In this document: one piece after another, positions 40,037 through 49,611 of the stretch
How positions within the stretch are numbered: position 1 is the first letter of the stretch
Layout of the letters: the number at the start of each line of letters is the position of its first letter
Source: Candidatus Rariloculaceae bacterium
GTDB lineage: Bacteria > Pseudomonadota > Gammaproteobacteria > Steroidobacterales > Rariloculaceae
Direction: 5' to 3'
Assembly: GCA_965221035.1 (NCBI GenBank)
Contig: OZ244860.1
Coordinates: 3,733,414 to 3,797,413, forward strand
Length of the DNA stretch: 64,000 bases
Notes under the pieces: generated by a model
The model's input: the letters and a program-made list of their open reading frames with translations, nothing else
Databases searched by the model: none
What the model was told of the DNA's origin: nothing
Position numbers and translations under genes: made by a program

Positions 40037-41008
40037 ATGACATTAAAGACCCCCTACCGCGCGGATCATGCCGGCAACCTGCTGCGCCCGAAGGTCGTGC
40101 GCGTTTTGCTCGCCATCGTCGCCTTGGGCATGGCGTCTACCGTACCCGCGCAAAGCGAGGACGAACTGTGTATCACTTTGCTGGGCACGGCCGGCGGCCC
40201 GATCGGCATGCCGGAGCGGGCCGGCATCGCGAGTCTTGTTTCTTTCAGAGATCGGCATTACCTCGTCGACGCCGGCGACGGTGTGGCGCGCCAGCTCGCG
40301 TCCGCCGGCCTGGACGGACACGACCTTGAGGCAGTGTTCCTTACTCATTTGCACGACGATCACACGGCGGGGCTGCCGGCGCTCGCAAGTTTCTTCTATA
40401 CGACCCGCGGCGAATCGATGAACATTCTCGGGCCGCCCGGGACCGGCGCCCTTGTGGATGGCCTGATTGCTTTCCTGCAGCCGAATGCCGACATTCGAAA
40501 GGTCCAGAACAGGCTTGGGCTGGAGCCGAAAGCCGTGTTTCATGGAATGGAGATCGAGCCAGGGCCGGCCTGGGCGGATGACACTGTCCGCGTCGCGGCA
40601 GCCGACAACACACATTATCGCGTGTCGGCACAGGCATTTGCCGGCCGCCAGCGGAGCTACGCGCTGAGGTTCGAGGCAGGCGAAGCGAGCATCGCGTTTA
40701 CGGGCGACACCGGCGACAGCGACGAGGTAACGAGGCTTGCGCGGGATGCCGACATCCTGGTTGCTGAAGTCGCGACGTTCAGCGATATTGAGGCGGTCCC
40801 GCCGGTTATCCGCGAGCACATGGTCCTGGAACACCTGTCGCCGGGGCAGGCCGGGCAGCTGGCCACGGCTGCCAACGCCGGCAGGCTGGTGGTGTCGCAT
40901 GTCCGCGAAATATCGGCGACCGACCTTGACGAGATCGCTCGGCACTACGACGGACCGATAGCCCTCGGGCAGGACCTCGACAGGTATTGTGTGCCTTCAG
41001 GCGGGTAG
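40037..41008 (+). CDS. Exported MBL-fold (RNase Z/AtsA-like) hydrolase; N-terminus looks chimeric
   Basis: LLGTAGGP, VDAGDG, THLHDDH, FTGDT, HLSP, VVSH; signal-like segment ending VPAQS. Confidence 0.85.
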   Translation: MTLKTPYRADHAGNLLRPKVVRVLLAIVALGMASTVPAQSEDELCITLLGTAGGPIGMPERAGIASLVSFRDRHYLVDAGDGVARQLASAGLDGHDLEAVFLTHLHDDHTAGLPALASFFYTTRGESMNILGPPGTGALVDGLIAFLQPNADIRKVQNRLGLEPKAVFHGMEIEPGPAWADDTVRVAAADNTHYRVSAQAFAGRQRSYALRFEAGEASIAFTGDTGDSDEVTRLARDADILVAEVATFSDIEAVPPVIREHMVLEHLSPGQAGQLATAANAGRLVVSHVREISATDLDEIARHYDGPIALGQDLDRYCVPSGG

Positions 41009-41202
41009 GCTCGGCCGATCTGCCGGAAGTTTGTTCTGTAGAACGGTTTGCGCCAAGGCGGCTCGGACTGCCGCCTTTTTCGTGGACGATCCAGCCGATA
41101 TTCAGGGTGCGTACCTTTCGCGCATGTTATGTTTGGCGTGATTAACGCGGATGCGCTAGTCTGCGGGACTTACTGGACTCTCTGCGAGGCGAGCAGAATC
41201 GT

Positions 41203-42318
41203 ATGAATGAATTGAGCATACTTGTCGTCGGCGGCGGCATCGGCGGGCTGACGTCGGCCATCGCACTGGGCCAGCGCGGATACAAGGTGGAGGTCATCGA
41301 GAAAGATCCCGACTGGTCCGTTTACGGCGTCGGTATCATCCAGCAGGCCAACGTGATACGCGCGGTGACGGCGCTTGGCGTCATCGACGATTACATTGAG
41401 GCCGGCTATGGCTACGATTTCGTGGAAATCTATACGCCGGACGATCGGTTGGCGGCCAAGGTTCCGGTGAAGCGCCTCGTAGATGGATACCCGGGACAGC
41501 TCGGTATCGGCCGGCCCGCACTGCAAAAGGTTCTGGCCGACCGGGCGCAAGCCGAGGGTGCGGAAATACGCCTCGGTGTGACCGTGTCGAGGCTGGATGA
41601 CGACGGCACAGGTGTGGATGCTGCGTTTTCCGACGGGTCGAGTGGTCGCTACGATGTAGTGGTCGGTGCCGACGGTCTGTATTCGCAGATGCGGGAACTG
41701 TTGTTCCCCGACGCCCAAAAGCCCGAATTTGCCGGCCAGTCGGTATGGCGTTACAACTTCCCGCGCCCCGACGATGTTGTGAACATGCATGCGTATGAAG
41801 GCACGATGGGCGTCGGTCTCGTGCCGCTGTCCCGGGAACTGGTGTACATGTATCTGACTACGCCAGAGTCCGACAGTGCGCGGTACCCGCGCGAGGGCAT
41901 TGCCCGGGCGATGCGCGAGAAGCTGAAGGACGCGCCTCCGAGGATGACGAAACTGGGCGAGCAGATCACCGACGACGACGGCGTCGTATACAGGCCTCTG
42001 GACTGGCATTTTCTCGAAGGTGACTGGCACAAGGGCCGCACAATACTGATCGGCGACGCGGCGCACGGTACAACTCCGCACCTGGGCCAGGGCGCCGGCA
42101 TGGCGATTGAGGACAGCCTTGTTCTGGCAGAGGAGCTGGAACGCCGCGACTCGGTTGATGCCGCGTTCGCCGCCTTCCGGAAACGCCGTTACGAGCGCTG
42201 CAAGTACATCGTCGACGCATCGGTCGCAATCTGCAGAGGGCAGATCGGCAAGGGCCCGCTGGTCAATTATCCGAAAGCCACGGCCGAGATGATCCGCGTC
42301 ACGTCAGAGCCGCTCTGA
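41203..42318 (+). CDS. Flavoprotein monooxygenase (FdeE-like)
   Basis: VVGGGIGGL, VVGADGLYS, LIGDAAH..TPHLGQGAGMAIED. Confidence 0.92.
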   Translation: MNELSILVVGGGIGGLTSAIALGQRGYKVEVIEKDPDWSVYGVGIIQQANVIRAVTALGVIDDYIEAGYGYDFVEIYTPDDRLAAKVPVKRLVDGYPGQLGIGRPALQKVLADRAQAEGAEIRLGVTVSRLDDDGTGVDAAFSDGSSGRYDVVVGADGLYSQMRELLFPDAQKPEFAGQSVWRYNFPRPDDVVNMHAYEGTMGVGLVPLSRELVYMYLTTPESDSARYPREGIARAMREKLKDAPPRMTKLGEQITDDDGVVYRPLDWHFLEGDWHKGRTILIGDAAHGTTPHLGQGAGMAIEDSLVLAEELERRDSVDAAFAAFRKRRYERCKYIVDASVAICRGQIGKGPLVNYPKATAEMIRVTSEPL

Positions 42319-42399
42319 TGGCGCTATTGGGAGACTGACCGAACCGTGTCTGGCAGCCTCTCGGTTGTCATCCTTTTGTTGGCATCGCAAGCGCTGCCT

Positions 42400-42797
42400 A
42401 GAAGTTTATGTTCAAATCGAGATGGTCATGTGGGACGGTCGCGGGCCATTTCCGCAGATACCCGACATGGAGAACATATTCCGGGCGACGTTTGGCAGGT
42501 TGGCCGCGTCGGTATCCGGGGATGTTCTGCTGGGATTTCACTTGTGCTACGGCGACATGGACGCGGAACATTTCGTGCAACCCGAAGATACGCACAAGGC
42601 GGTTGATCTCGGCAATCTGATCACGGAAAGCGTCGGTCGAACAGTGAACTGGATACATCTTCCCGCGCCGGCGCATGGAGGCGGCCAGCAAGACTGTCGA
42701 GGATTTCGGTATCGCCACGGAGTGCGGAATCGCCCGCGTTCGGACCAAAGAGCTCGTCGAGCAGCTGATCCGCATCCACGCCGAAGCAGCGGACTGA
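42400..42797 (+). pseudogene. Fragment of MetE-like/UROD TIM-barrel protein with internal deletion and frameshift
   Basis: GFHLCYGD...HFVQP...WIHLP, then FGIATECGIAR in another frame. Confidence 0.65.
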
Positions 42798-43221
42798 CCT
42801 ACCAGAGGCGGCGAACAGACCAGCCAGAGCCAGTTACTTCAGGCACACGAGAATCATCCGTCAGGGTCGAACGCTTACTTGAGCGGCATTGGCTTTCGAT
42901 CAATCGTCGTCGGTGTAAACGGCAACCAGGAAATTCGCATCCGCATGTCGACCTCGACTTCGTGATCGACTTCCGCAAGTCCGCCATGTCCAGGTACCTC
43001 AATGCGGGCCTTTTCACCGAAGTTCCAGCGATCGCCGTATTCGGTTTCCAACTCGTCGAGCGATCAGCTTCGACCTCCATCCAGCGATTGCCCTCGTATT
43101 CGGAGCAGGAGTTGTCAAAGGCCTCGGCATGGCGAATGATACAGGGGTGGTCGAAATGCAAGGGTGCATGTTGGCGGCGTTACGCCGCCGAGGCCGATTT
43201 TCTGTCATTTGAGGACGCAAT

Positions 43222-44406
43222 ATGGCGCTTTTCGAGTATTTCCCCAACTATGTGTGGAACCTTTCGGTCGCCATCGCCCTGGAAAACGGCGGCAAGATCG
43301 GCGAGATCGTCGACATGTGCCAGCCGATCGTCGATGCAGCCGCCGACGGTGAAGACGCCGGAACAGCGGAATTCCTGGCCGAATGGGTGCGGATGGCCGA
43401 CAAGCTGGTGGGTCTTGCCGGCGAGGACGAGGCGGCAGGTCGAGAATTCTCCGCCGGAAACAAGCTCAAGCGCGCATGCATCTACTACATCACCGCCGAG
43501 CGCATGCAGGGGCATGGCCACCCGGGGCGCATGGAAACCTACCGAAAAGGACTGGATGCTTTCGCGAAGGGCACGCGCTTCGCTCGCGACAATGTCGAAC
43601 GCGCCGAGATTCCGTACGGGGACGGCGCGAGGCTGTCGGCCTACCTGACGCTGCCCGAAGTAGACGGTCCGTGCCCGGTCGTCGTGTTCTGCAATGGCCT
43701 CGACAGTTGCAAGGAAATGTTGTGGCTGGGCGGATTCCCCTACGCGCTGGCCAGACGCGGTATCGGTTGCTTGTGCGTCGACCAGCCAGGAACGGGCGAG
43801 GCCTTGCGCCTGGAGCGTCTTCCAGCCACGCATGCCAGTGAAGAGTGGGCGTCGGCATGGGTGGACTGGCTGGTCGGGCAACCCATCGCCGACGCGGACC
43901 GTATCGGCATGGCGGGCATCTCGCTGGGCGGCCACTTTGCACCGCGTGCGGTTGCGTTCGAGCCGCGCTTTGCGTCCGGGGCCGCGTGGGGTGCCAATCA
44001 CAATTGGGCCGAAGTGCAGCGCAAGCGGCTCAGGCGCGAGGGCGAAAATCCCGTGCCGCATTACTGGGATCACGTCCGGTGGGTGTTCGGCGCCAGCGAC
44101 ATGGACGACCTATTGAAAAAAGTCGATGGGATGACGCTCAATGGCGTCATGGACCGCATCCGGGTGCCCTTCCTCATCACTCATGGCGCCCAGGATCGCC
44201 AGATCAGCGTCGACTACGCGCAGCAGAGCTATGATCAGCTGGTCAATTCGCCACGGCGGAAACTGAAACTTTTCACCGAGCGCGAGGGTGGCGTGGAGCA
44301 TGTCGGTGCGGACAACATGTCCTTCGGAAACGACTACATTGCCGACTGGTTTGCCGAAACGCTCGGTGGCCGGACTGCGTACGCGTCGCCTGGTGCCACA
44401 CAATAG
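43222..44406 (+). CDS. Alpha/beta hydrolase, 2,6-dihydroxy-pseudooxynicotine hydrolase-like
   Basis: NGLDSCKE, DQPGTGE, GISLGG nucleophile motif, GGVEHVG. Confidence 0.9.
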   Translation: MALFEYFPNYVWNLSVAIALENGGKIGEIVDMCQPIVDAAADGEDAGTAEFLAEWVRMADKLVGLAGEDEAAGREFSAGNKLKRACIYYITAERMQGHGHPGRMETYRKGLDAFAKGTRFARDNVERAEIPYGDGARLSAYLTLPEVDGPCPVVVFCNGLDSCKEMLWLGGFPYALARRGIGCLCVDQPGTGEALRLERLPATHASEEWASAWVDWLVGQPIADADRIGMAGISLGGHFAPRAVAFEPRFASGAAWGANHNWAEVQRKRLRREGENPVPHYWDHVRWVFGASDMDDLLKKVDGMTLNGVMDRIRVPFLITHGAQDRQISVDYAQQSYDQLVNSPRRKLKLFTEREGGVEHVGADNMSFGNDYIADWFAETLGGRTAYASPGATQ

Positions 44407-44520
44407 ACTCGGCAGTGCTGTCTCGTATAGCGTTGACAGGCACCGGCGTTGGCGGATATCCACTGACCCGTTAACGGACAACGACAAGGACAGGCCCCAG
44501 GCTGTCTTCGGAGGACCAAC

Positions 44521-44610
44521 ATGCCCCGCAGATTCGTCGATCTCTCCATCTGCCTGGAGAACGAAGTCATCACGGACACGCCATTCATGCGGCCGGAGAT
44601 CACTTCATGA
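44521..44610 (+). pseudogene. 5' stub (29 codons) of cyclase gene
   Basis: MPRRFVDLSICLENEVITDTPFMRPEITS versus MAQRFVDLSIYLENDVISDPPFMRPKIEY at 49086; retains GGAGG RBS. Confidence 0.85.
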
Positions 44611-45569
44611 AACTCGCAACGGTCGATGACGGCAGCCGCGACGGCAGACTGGTCGTCGTGTCCTCGGACGGGAAGCGCCGCGCGCCGCTTCCCGGTGTGG
44701 CTACCATGCAGGCCGCGCTGGATGACTGGGCGTCGGTAGAGCCCGAATTGCGGTCGCTGTCCACGGTCGTCGATGGCGGCGCAGGTGAGTCGACATCGGA
44801 GGCCGACTTCCGCGCGCCGCTGCCGCGCGCCTGGCAGTGGCTTGATGGATCGGCATTCGATTCGCATGGCGACCTGATGCAGAAGGCGTTTCGGCTCGAT
44901 CCCATTGAAACGGACGCGCCGCTGATGTACCAGGGCATGTCACACCTGTTCTACGGGCCGACCGAGGACGTGCCCTTCGTCAGCGAGGCCGACGGCATCG
45001 ACTTCGAGGGCGAATTCGGTGTCATCGTCGATGACGTTCCTATGGGCACCGGCGCCAGCGAGGCCATGGAGCGCATCAAACTGCTCGTACAGCTCAACGA
45101 CTGGTCCCTGCGCGTGCTGGGGCCGAAGGAGATGAAGACGGGCTTCGGTTGGGTTCAGGCAAAACCGGCCTGCGCGATGGCGCCGTTTGCCGTTACGCCA
45201 GATGAGCTTGGGGATGCCTGGCGTGACGGCCGGGTGCACCTGCCGCTGGAAGTGCGCTGGAACGGCAAGGTGTTCGGCGTGGCCAATGGAGGCGCCATGA
45301 GTGTCGGCCTGCACGAACTCGTCGCTCACGCGGCTGCCACGCGACCACTGTGCGCGGGCACGATCATCGGTACGGGCACGGTCTCAAACGAAAATTGTCG
45401 CGAGATCGGCTCGTCGTGCATAGCCGAGCGCCGCGGCATCGAAATCGTCGACCAAGGTGAGCCCTCGACGCGTTACATGACGTTCGGTGATCGCGTCCGG
45501 ATGGAGGCGAGGGCGCTCGACGGCGGTGTGTTATTCGGTGCGATCAATCAGAAGGTAGTCCGGGTATGA
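44607..45569 (+). CDS. Fumarylacetoacetate hydrolase family protein (FdeI-like)
   Basis: PLPRAWQWLDGSAF, DFEGE, NDWSLR, QAKP, GTGTVSN. Confidence 0.92.
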   Translation: MKLATVDDGSRDGRLVVVSSDGKRRAPLPGVATMQAALDDWASVEPELRSLSTVVDGGAGESTSEADFRAPLPRAWQWLDGSAFDSHGDLMQKAFRLDPIETDAPLMYQGMSHLFYGPTEDVPFVSEADGIDFEGEFGVIVDDVPMGTGASEAMERIKLLVQLNDWSLRVLGPKEMKTGFGWVQAKPACAMAPFAVTPDELGDAWRDGRVHLPLEVRWNGKVFGVANGGAMSVGLHELVAHAAATRPLCAGTIIGTGTVSNENCREIGSSCIAERRGIEIVDQGEPSTRYMTFGDRVRMEARALDGGVLFGAINQKVVRV

Positions 45570-46090
45570 GCCAGCTAAAGGTACTCAAAGGCAAGAGCCA
45601 GCTATCAAGGCCATTCCGCCGCATCGTAACCGGGCACGACCGCCGGGGTCACGCCGTGTTCCGATCGATCGATACGCTGACTCCCGAACCGATCCCTAGC
45701 GGGGATGCGAATTTTGCGACCATATGGAGTACGGCCGAGGTCCCCGTTGATCTAAACGACGAAACGCACGGGGGCGAGAGGGCCGTCGGGCTCACGATCA
45801 ACAGAGGCTCCGTGATTCGCGTGGTGGATATGTTGCCCGGCGGCGAGTCGCCGATGCACCGTACCAACAGCATCGACTACGGCATAGTGCTTGCGGGCGA
45901 GGTAGAACTCGAACTGGACGATGGTGTTGTGGAGACTTGCCGCGCGGGCGATGTCATCGTGCAGCGGGGCACGATCCACTTGTGGCGCAACACAAGCGAT
46001 TCGGAGATCTGCCGCATCGTATTTGCGCTGATCGAGGCCAGGGGACCCTACCTGTACGACGGCGAGCCGCTGGAAGAATTGAAGCCATAG
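45566..46090 (+). CDS. Cupin (FdeH-like)
   Basis: RRIVTGHD, PMHRTNSIDYGIV, QRGTIHLWRN. Confidence 0.9.
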   Translation: MSQLKVLKGKSQLSRPFRRIVTGHDRRGHAVFRSIDTLTPEPIPSGDANFATIWSTAEVPVDLNDETHGGERAVGLTINRGSVIRVVDMLPGGESPMHRTNSIDYGIVLAGEVELELDDGVVETCRAGDVIVQRGTIHLWRNTSDSEICRIVFALIEARGPYLYDGEPLEELKP

Positions 46091-46099
46091 GCGGCCGCA

Positions 46100-47062
46100 A
46101 TGCGGGTCGTGGTAACGGGGGCAGGGGGATTTGTCGGGAGGCGACTCGTGGCGAGGCTCGACGGGCACGAAGTCGTGGCCATCGATCAGGCGCCGCCTGA
46201 GTCCGTTGCCGAATTCGACCACGTCACGGCGTTGACCGGCGATTTGTGCGATTCGAGCGTCCTGGACGCGGCCTTTTCCGGCGGGTGTGATGCTGTCGTC
46301 CATCTTGCAACCGTTCCAGGGGGTGCCGCAGAGCGGCAACCTGCGCTGGCGAAAAAGGTGAACGTGGACGGCACCATGGCCTTGGGAGACGCCGCCGTGT
46401 CTGCGGGGCAATGTCCTCGCTTCATATTCGCCAGCAGTGTTGCGGTGTTTGGGAATCCGCTGCCCTCAAGGGTGAATGACGCCACACCACTGACACCGCG
46501 AATGTACTACGGTGCGCACAAGGCCATGATTGAGCAGTGGCTCGCCACGCTCACGCGCCGCGGCGCGTTGCAGGCGCTGTCCTTGCGCCTGTCCGGCGTT
46601 GTCGCGAGGCCGCCCGGTCCGTCCGGCATGAAATCGGCATTTCTTAGCGAGGTCTTCCACGCCTTGATTGCGGGGAGGAACTTTGTCATGCCGGTATCGC
46701 CCGGCGCCACGTCCTGGGTCATCTCGCTGGACCGCGCCGTGGACAATCTCTTGCATGGGCTGGAACTGGATATGAGGTCGGTTGGCCATGACCATGCGGT
46801 CAACTTGCCGACATTGCGCGTCAACATGTCCGATCTCGTGGCAGAGATCGCCCTGCAGACAGGCGCCGACAGCGAACAGATTTTCTACGAACCTGACAGG
46901 GCGATCATGGCGGCATTCGGTTCGCTGCCGCCGATCGATACGACCGCCGCCGAAGCACTCGGCTTTGCCAACGACGGTGACCTCGAGAGTCTGGTTGCCC
47001 GAGTGGTTGCCAGGCTCGGCGCGGCATCAGACGATCTGAATGCCCTTGTAGGCGAGCATTGA
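46100..47062 (+). CDS. NAD-dependent epimerase/dehydratase (FdeJ-like)
   Basis: VTGAGGFVG, FASSVAVFG, YGAHK. Confidence 0.9.
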   Translation: MRVVVTGAGGFVGRRLVARLDGHEVVAIDQAPPESVAEFDHVTALTGDLCDSSVLDAAFSGGCDAVVHLATVPGGAAERQPALAKKVNVDGTMALGDAAVSAGQCPRFIFASSVAVFGNPLPSRVNDATPLTPRMYYGAHKAMIEQWLATLTRRGALQALSLRLSGVVARPPGPSGMKSAFLSEVFHALIAGRNFVMPVSPGATSWVISLDRAVDNLLHGLELDMRSVGHDHAVNLPTLRVNMSDLVAEIALQTGADSEQIFYEPDRAIMAAFGSLPPIDTTAAEALGFANDGDLESLVARVVARLGAASDDLNALVGEH

Positions 47063-47896
47063 ACCGTCCCATTGCTCTTCCACCAAGAATGAGTGTTCAA
47101 GGATGCCGTCCCGGAATACGCTGTCCGAATCGTTGTTCGTGTCCTTTCGCTGTCCGGTGTAGTCTGAATGATTGAGGTAGATGTCGTTTGCGAGATCGTC
47201 ATCGAATCCAAACTGTGAGACCAGACGTTCCACTCCTTCCACCACCACGCGGAAGTGAATGTGTGTAGTACGGCCTCGATACCAACCCGGGAAACATGCG
47301 CGGAAATATACATTGCCGATGCTATCGGTTGTCTGTACGCCCCGGAACCACTTGGCGGACAATGCGTCAGAGTCGTTCTCGGTACAGAAACCGGAATTGA
47401 AATTGCTGACATTGCCCGTGCTGCCGGAGTTGTCGCCGGAGTAAACTCCCTCCCAGTTCACCCACCACACCTCGATGATGGCCCCCATGATCGGGTTGCA
47501 GTCCGCGTCAACCAGCTTTAGCGCCAAAGTCATCGGCACACCGGGCTGACCTTCAGAAATATCTTCGCGAAAATCATCCGTGTCAAAGTAACAGGGGCCA
47601 ATGGTGAAACGGTCCGTGCCGGTGACCGTGCACATCACGTTCCCAAGAGACAGATCGAGTGGGTCACTGGTTGGAGGGAACTCCGCCTGCATCGCGGCTG
47701 TGCCGCCGGCAAGCCATCGGGTGGTGTTGGTCCTGTCGCCGCCGCCAACAACGGGGGAACCGTCGCCTGATGAGCCTGCTCCGGAGGCGCCGTCGCCGGG
47801 ATTGACGTCGCCGCCGCTGCTTGACCCGCAGGCTGGGAGCAGGACTGCCGCGCTTCCAGCAACCATCATCTCCAACGCTTCGCGTCGACTGTTCAC
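47027..47896 (-). CDS. Intradiol-dioxygenase-like protein with Tat signal and lipobox
   Basis: SRREAL...LLPAC; GPCY, REDISEGQPGVP, GVYS, FRGVQTTD, FPGWYRGRTTHIHF. Confidence 0.85.
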   Translation of the reverse strand: MNSRREALEMMVAGSAAVLLPACGSSSGGDVNPGDGASGAGSSGDGSPVVGGGDRTNTTRWLAGGTAAMQAEFPPTSDPLDLSLGNVMCTVTGTDRFTIGPCYFDTDDFREDISEGQPGVPMTLALKLVDADCNPIMGAIIEVWWVNWEGVYSGDNSGSTGNVSNFNSGFCTENDSDALSAKWFRGVQTTDSIGNVYFRACFPGWYRGRTTHIHFRVVVEGVERLVSQFGFDDDLANDIYLNHSDYTGQRKDTNNDSDSVFRDGILEHSFLVEEQWDGSMLAYKGIQIV

Positions 47897-47913
47897 AAGA
47901 CTTCCCAAGTGTT

Positions 47914-48297
47914 TCAGTGTGTTGTGGCGAGTGCCGCCATGCGAGGTCCGTAAACCACGTGTGACATGCCATGGTATATGAGTGGCTTATCGGTTTCTAT
48001 GGGATCGAGCCCGAAGGCTTTTTGCATCAGGTCGCCGTGGGTGTCGTACGCCGAACCGTCAAGCCATTGCCACACGCGCGGCAGCGGTGCTGCGAACCGG
48101 GTATCGCTCGTCGATTCGCCGCCAACATCGTCAAGATCGGATTGGGCAGACTCGACTTCGCGGCATGCTTGCCGCCAATTCTCCATCGCCCATTGCATTG
48201 TCCGGCCGTTTCCGGCGCCAAGATATCGAGCACCATCCTGTGACACGACGACAAGTTCGCCATCGGGAGTTTGACCTGGGATCGTCGCCAGTCTCAC
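47914..48297 (-). pseudogene. Truncated second copy of the FAH gene
   Basis: Aligns to the first ~115 aa of 44607-45569, then stops. Confidence 0.85.
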
Positions 48298-48306
48298 AGC
48301 CGTTCC

Positions 48307-49086
48307 CTACTCGTCAAAGATCGCAACAGCGCGTGTCCAACCAGCCGATGCGCCACGAATCTTGTGTGGGAAACAGCTGACCGTGAAACCCGAAGGCGGC
48401 AGCACTTCGAGGTTATGCAGTTTTTCGAGATGACAATAGCCGATATCACGGCCCGCCTTGTGCCCCTCCCAGATCAAAGACGTGTCACCGGTCTCCTTGA
48501 CTTTTTCAGCTGTATACGAAAATGGTGCGTCCCAGCTCCAAGCATCGGTGCCCGTCACCCGAACACCTTTTTTAAGTAGGTACATTGTGGCCTCATAGCC
48601 CATACCACAACCGATGTTTACGAAATTCGGGTCACCCAGCGCCTTGCCGGCCGCTGTATTAATAAGAACAATGTCCATCGGTTTGACCTCAACACCGATT
48701 CGATCCAGTTCTGCTTCGACTTCGGCGGCGGTCACAACATGCCCGTCTTCAAGATGCCGAAAGTCAAGTTTGATGCCCGGGCGGAAACACCAATCCAGGG
48801 GAACCTCATCGATTGTTATCGCACGTTCGCCGCCGTCCATGGTTGGATGAAAATGCCAGGGCGCATCGAGGTGTGTGCCGTTGTGTGTCGACAGTGTCAC
48901 CTCCTCCGCAGCCGCAAACCCCCCGCCTCCGGGAAAGTCATCGGCCTCGACACCCGGGAAGAAGGTGCGCGCTTCCGTCACCGTTTCTTCGTGCTGCTTG
49001 TACTCGATCTTGGGCCGCATGAATGGCGGGTCGGAAATCACATCGTTTTCAAGATAAATAGAGAGATCGACGAATCGTTGTGCCAT
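48307..49086 (-). CDS. Cyclase-family protein (FdeG-like), intact copy
   Basis: HNGTHLDAPWH, GTDAWSWDAP, WEGHKAG, EKLHNL. Confidence 0.92.
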   Translation of the reverse strand: MAQRFVDLSIYLENDVISDPPFMRPKIEYKQHEETVTEARTFFPGVEADDFPGGGGFAAAEEVTLSTHNGTHLDAPWHFHPTMDGGERAITIDEVPLDWCFRPGIKLDFRHLEDGHVVTAAEVEAELDRIGVEVKPMDIVLINTAAGKALGDPNFVNIGCGMGYEATMYLLKKGVRVTGTDAWSWDAPFSYTAEKVKETGDTSLIWEGHKAGRDIGYCHLEKLHNLEVLPPSGFTVSCFPHKIRGASAGWTRAVAIFDE

Positions 49087-49113
49087 GTTCGCCTCCGAGC
49101 GAAGAAAATCCAA

Positions 49114-49345
49114 TTACGAGGTATGGCCGCCCAATGTCTCAGCAAACCAGTCGGCGATGTATTCGGCGCCGATGACGACGTCGTAGTTACCACTCGTGCC
49201 GTCCGAGAATGAAACTTCGACACCGTCGGCATCTTCGTTTATGTCCTCAACAACTACTACCCGTCTTACGTTCGTTCCTTCTGCCCTAGCACGATCTGCG
49301 AGGAATTTTTGCAAGGCAGGCCTACCGATACCGAGCTGTGAAGGA
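49114..49345 (-). pseudogene. Fused remnant: monooxygenase fragment joined to hydrolase C-terminus
   Basis: YPSQLGIGRPALQKFLADRA...YDVVIGA (cf. 41203 gene) runs directly into EYIADWFAETLGG (cf. end of 43222 gene). Confidence 0.88.
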
Positions 49346-49370
49346 TATTCAGTCTATCGCGGCCCCAACT

Positions 49371-49417
49371 ATCATCCAAGCTATTTGTTTTTATGGTCAC
49401 GTAATACTCTCATTTAT
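49371..49417 (-). promoter_or_regulatory. nod-box-like 47-bp site (class II, N8)
   Basis: Minus strand ATA-AATGAGAGT-ATT-ACGTGACC-ATA-AAAACAAAT-AGC-TTGGATGAT. Confidence 0.6.
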
Positions 49418-49466
49418 AAACTGGCCGACGGACTGTGCGGCACTCTTTGGGTAACGCCTCAAGCTT

Positions 49467-49513
49467 ATTTGCTGTTTTTATTGTTTTTCATGCAGAATAT
49501 TAATTGGACGAAT
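49467..49513 (+). promoter_or_regulatory. nod-box-like 47-bp site (class II) upstream of TBDR
   Basis: ATT-TGCTGTTTT-TAT-TGTTTTTC-ATG-CAGAATATT-AAT-TGGACGAAT. Confidence 0.55.
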
Positions 49514-49611
49514 GCCCCTCGGCATGGTTAAATTGCTAGCGACTCAAGGCCCATGCTCGATGCGTGACCGTTGACGCTTCTACTCACAGTAGTCTGTCCG
49601 GAGGGGACAAC

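Noticed and set aside
41098-41152. nod-box-like site upstream of the monooxygenase
   Set aside because: Only a loose T-N11-A match; does not fit either spacing class
42365-43648. 427-aa ORF as a real gene
   Set aside because: Only the first ~100 codons resemble a MetE-like fragment; the rest runs through unassigned DNA and off-frame over the hydrolase
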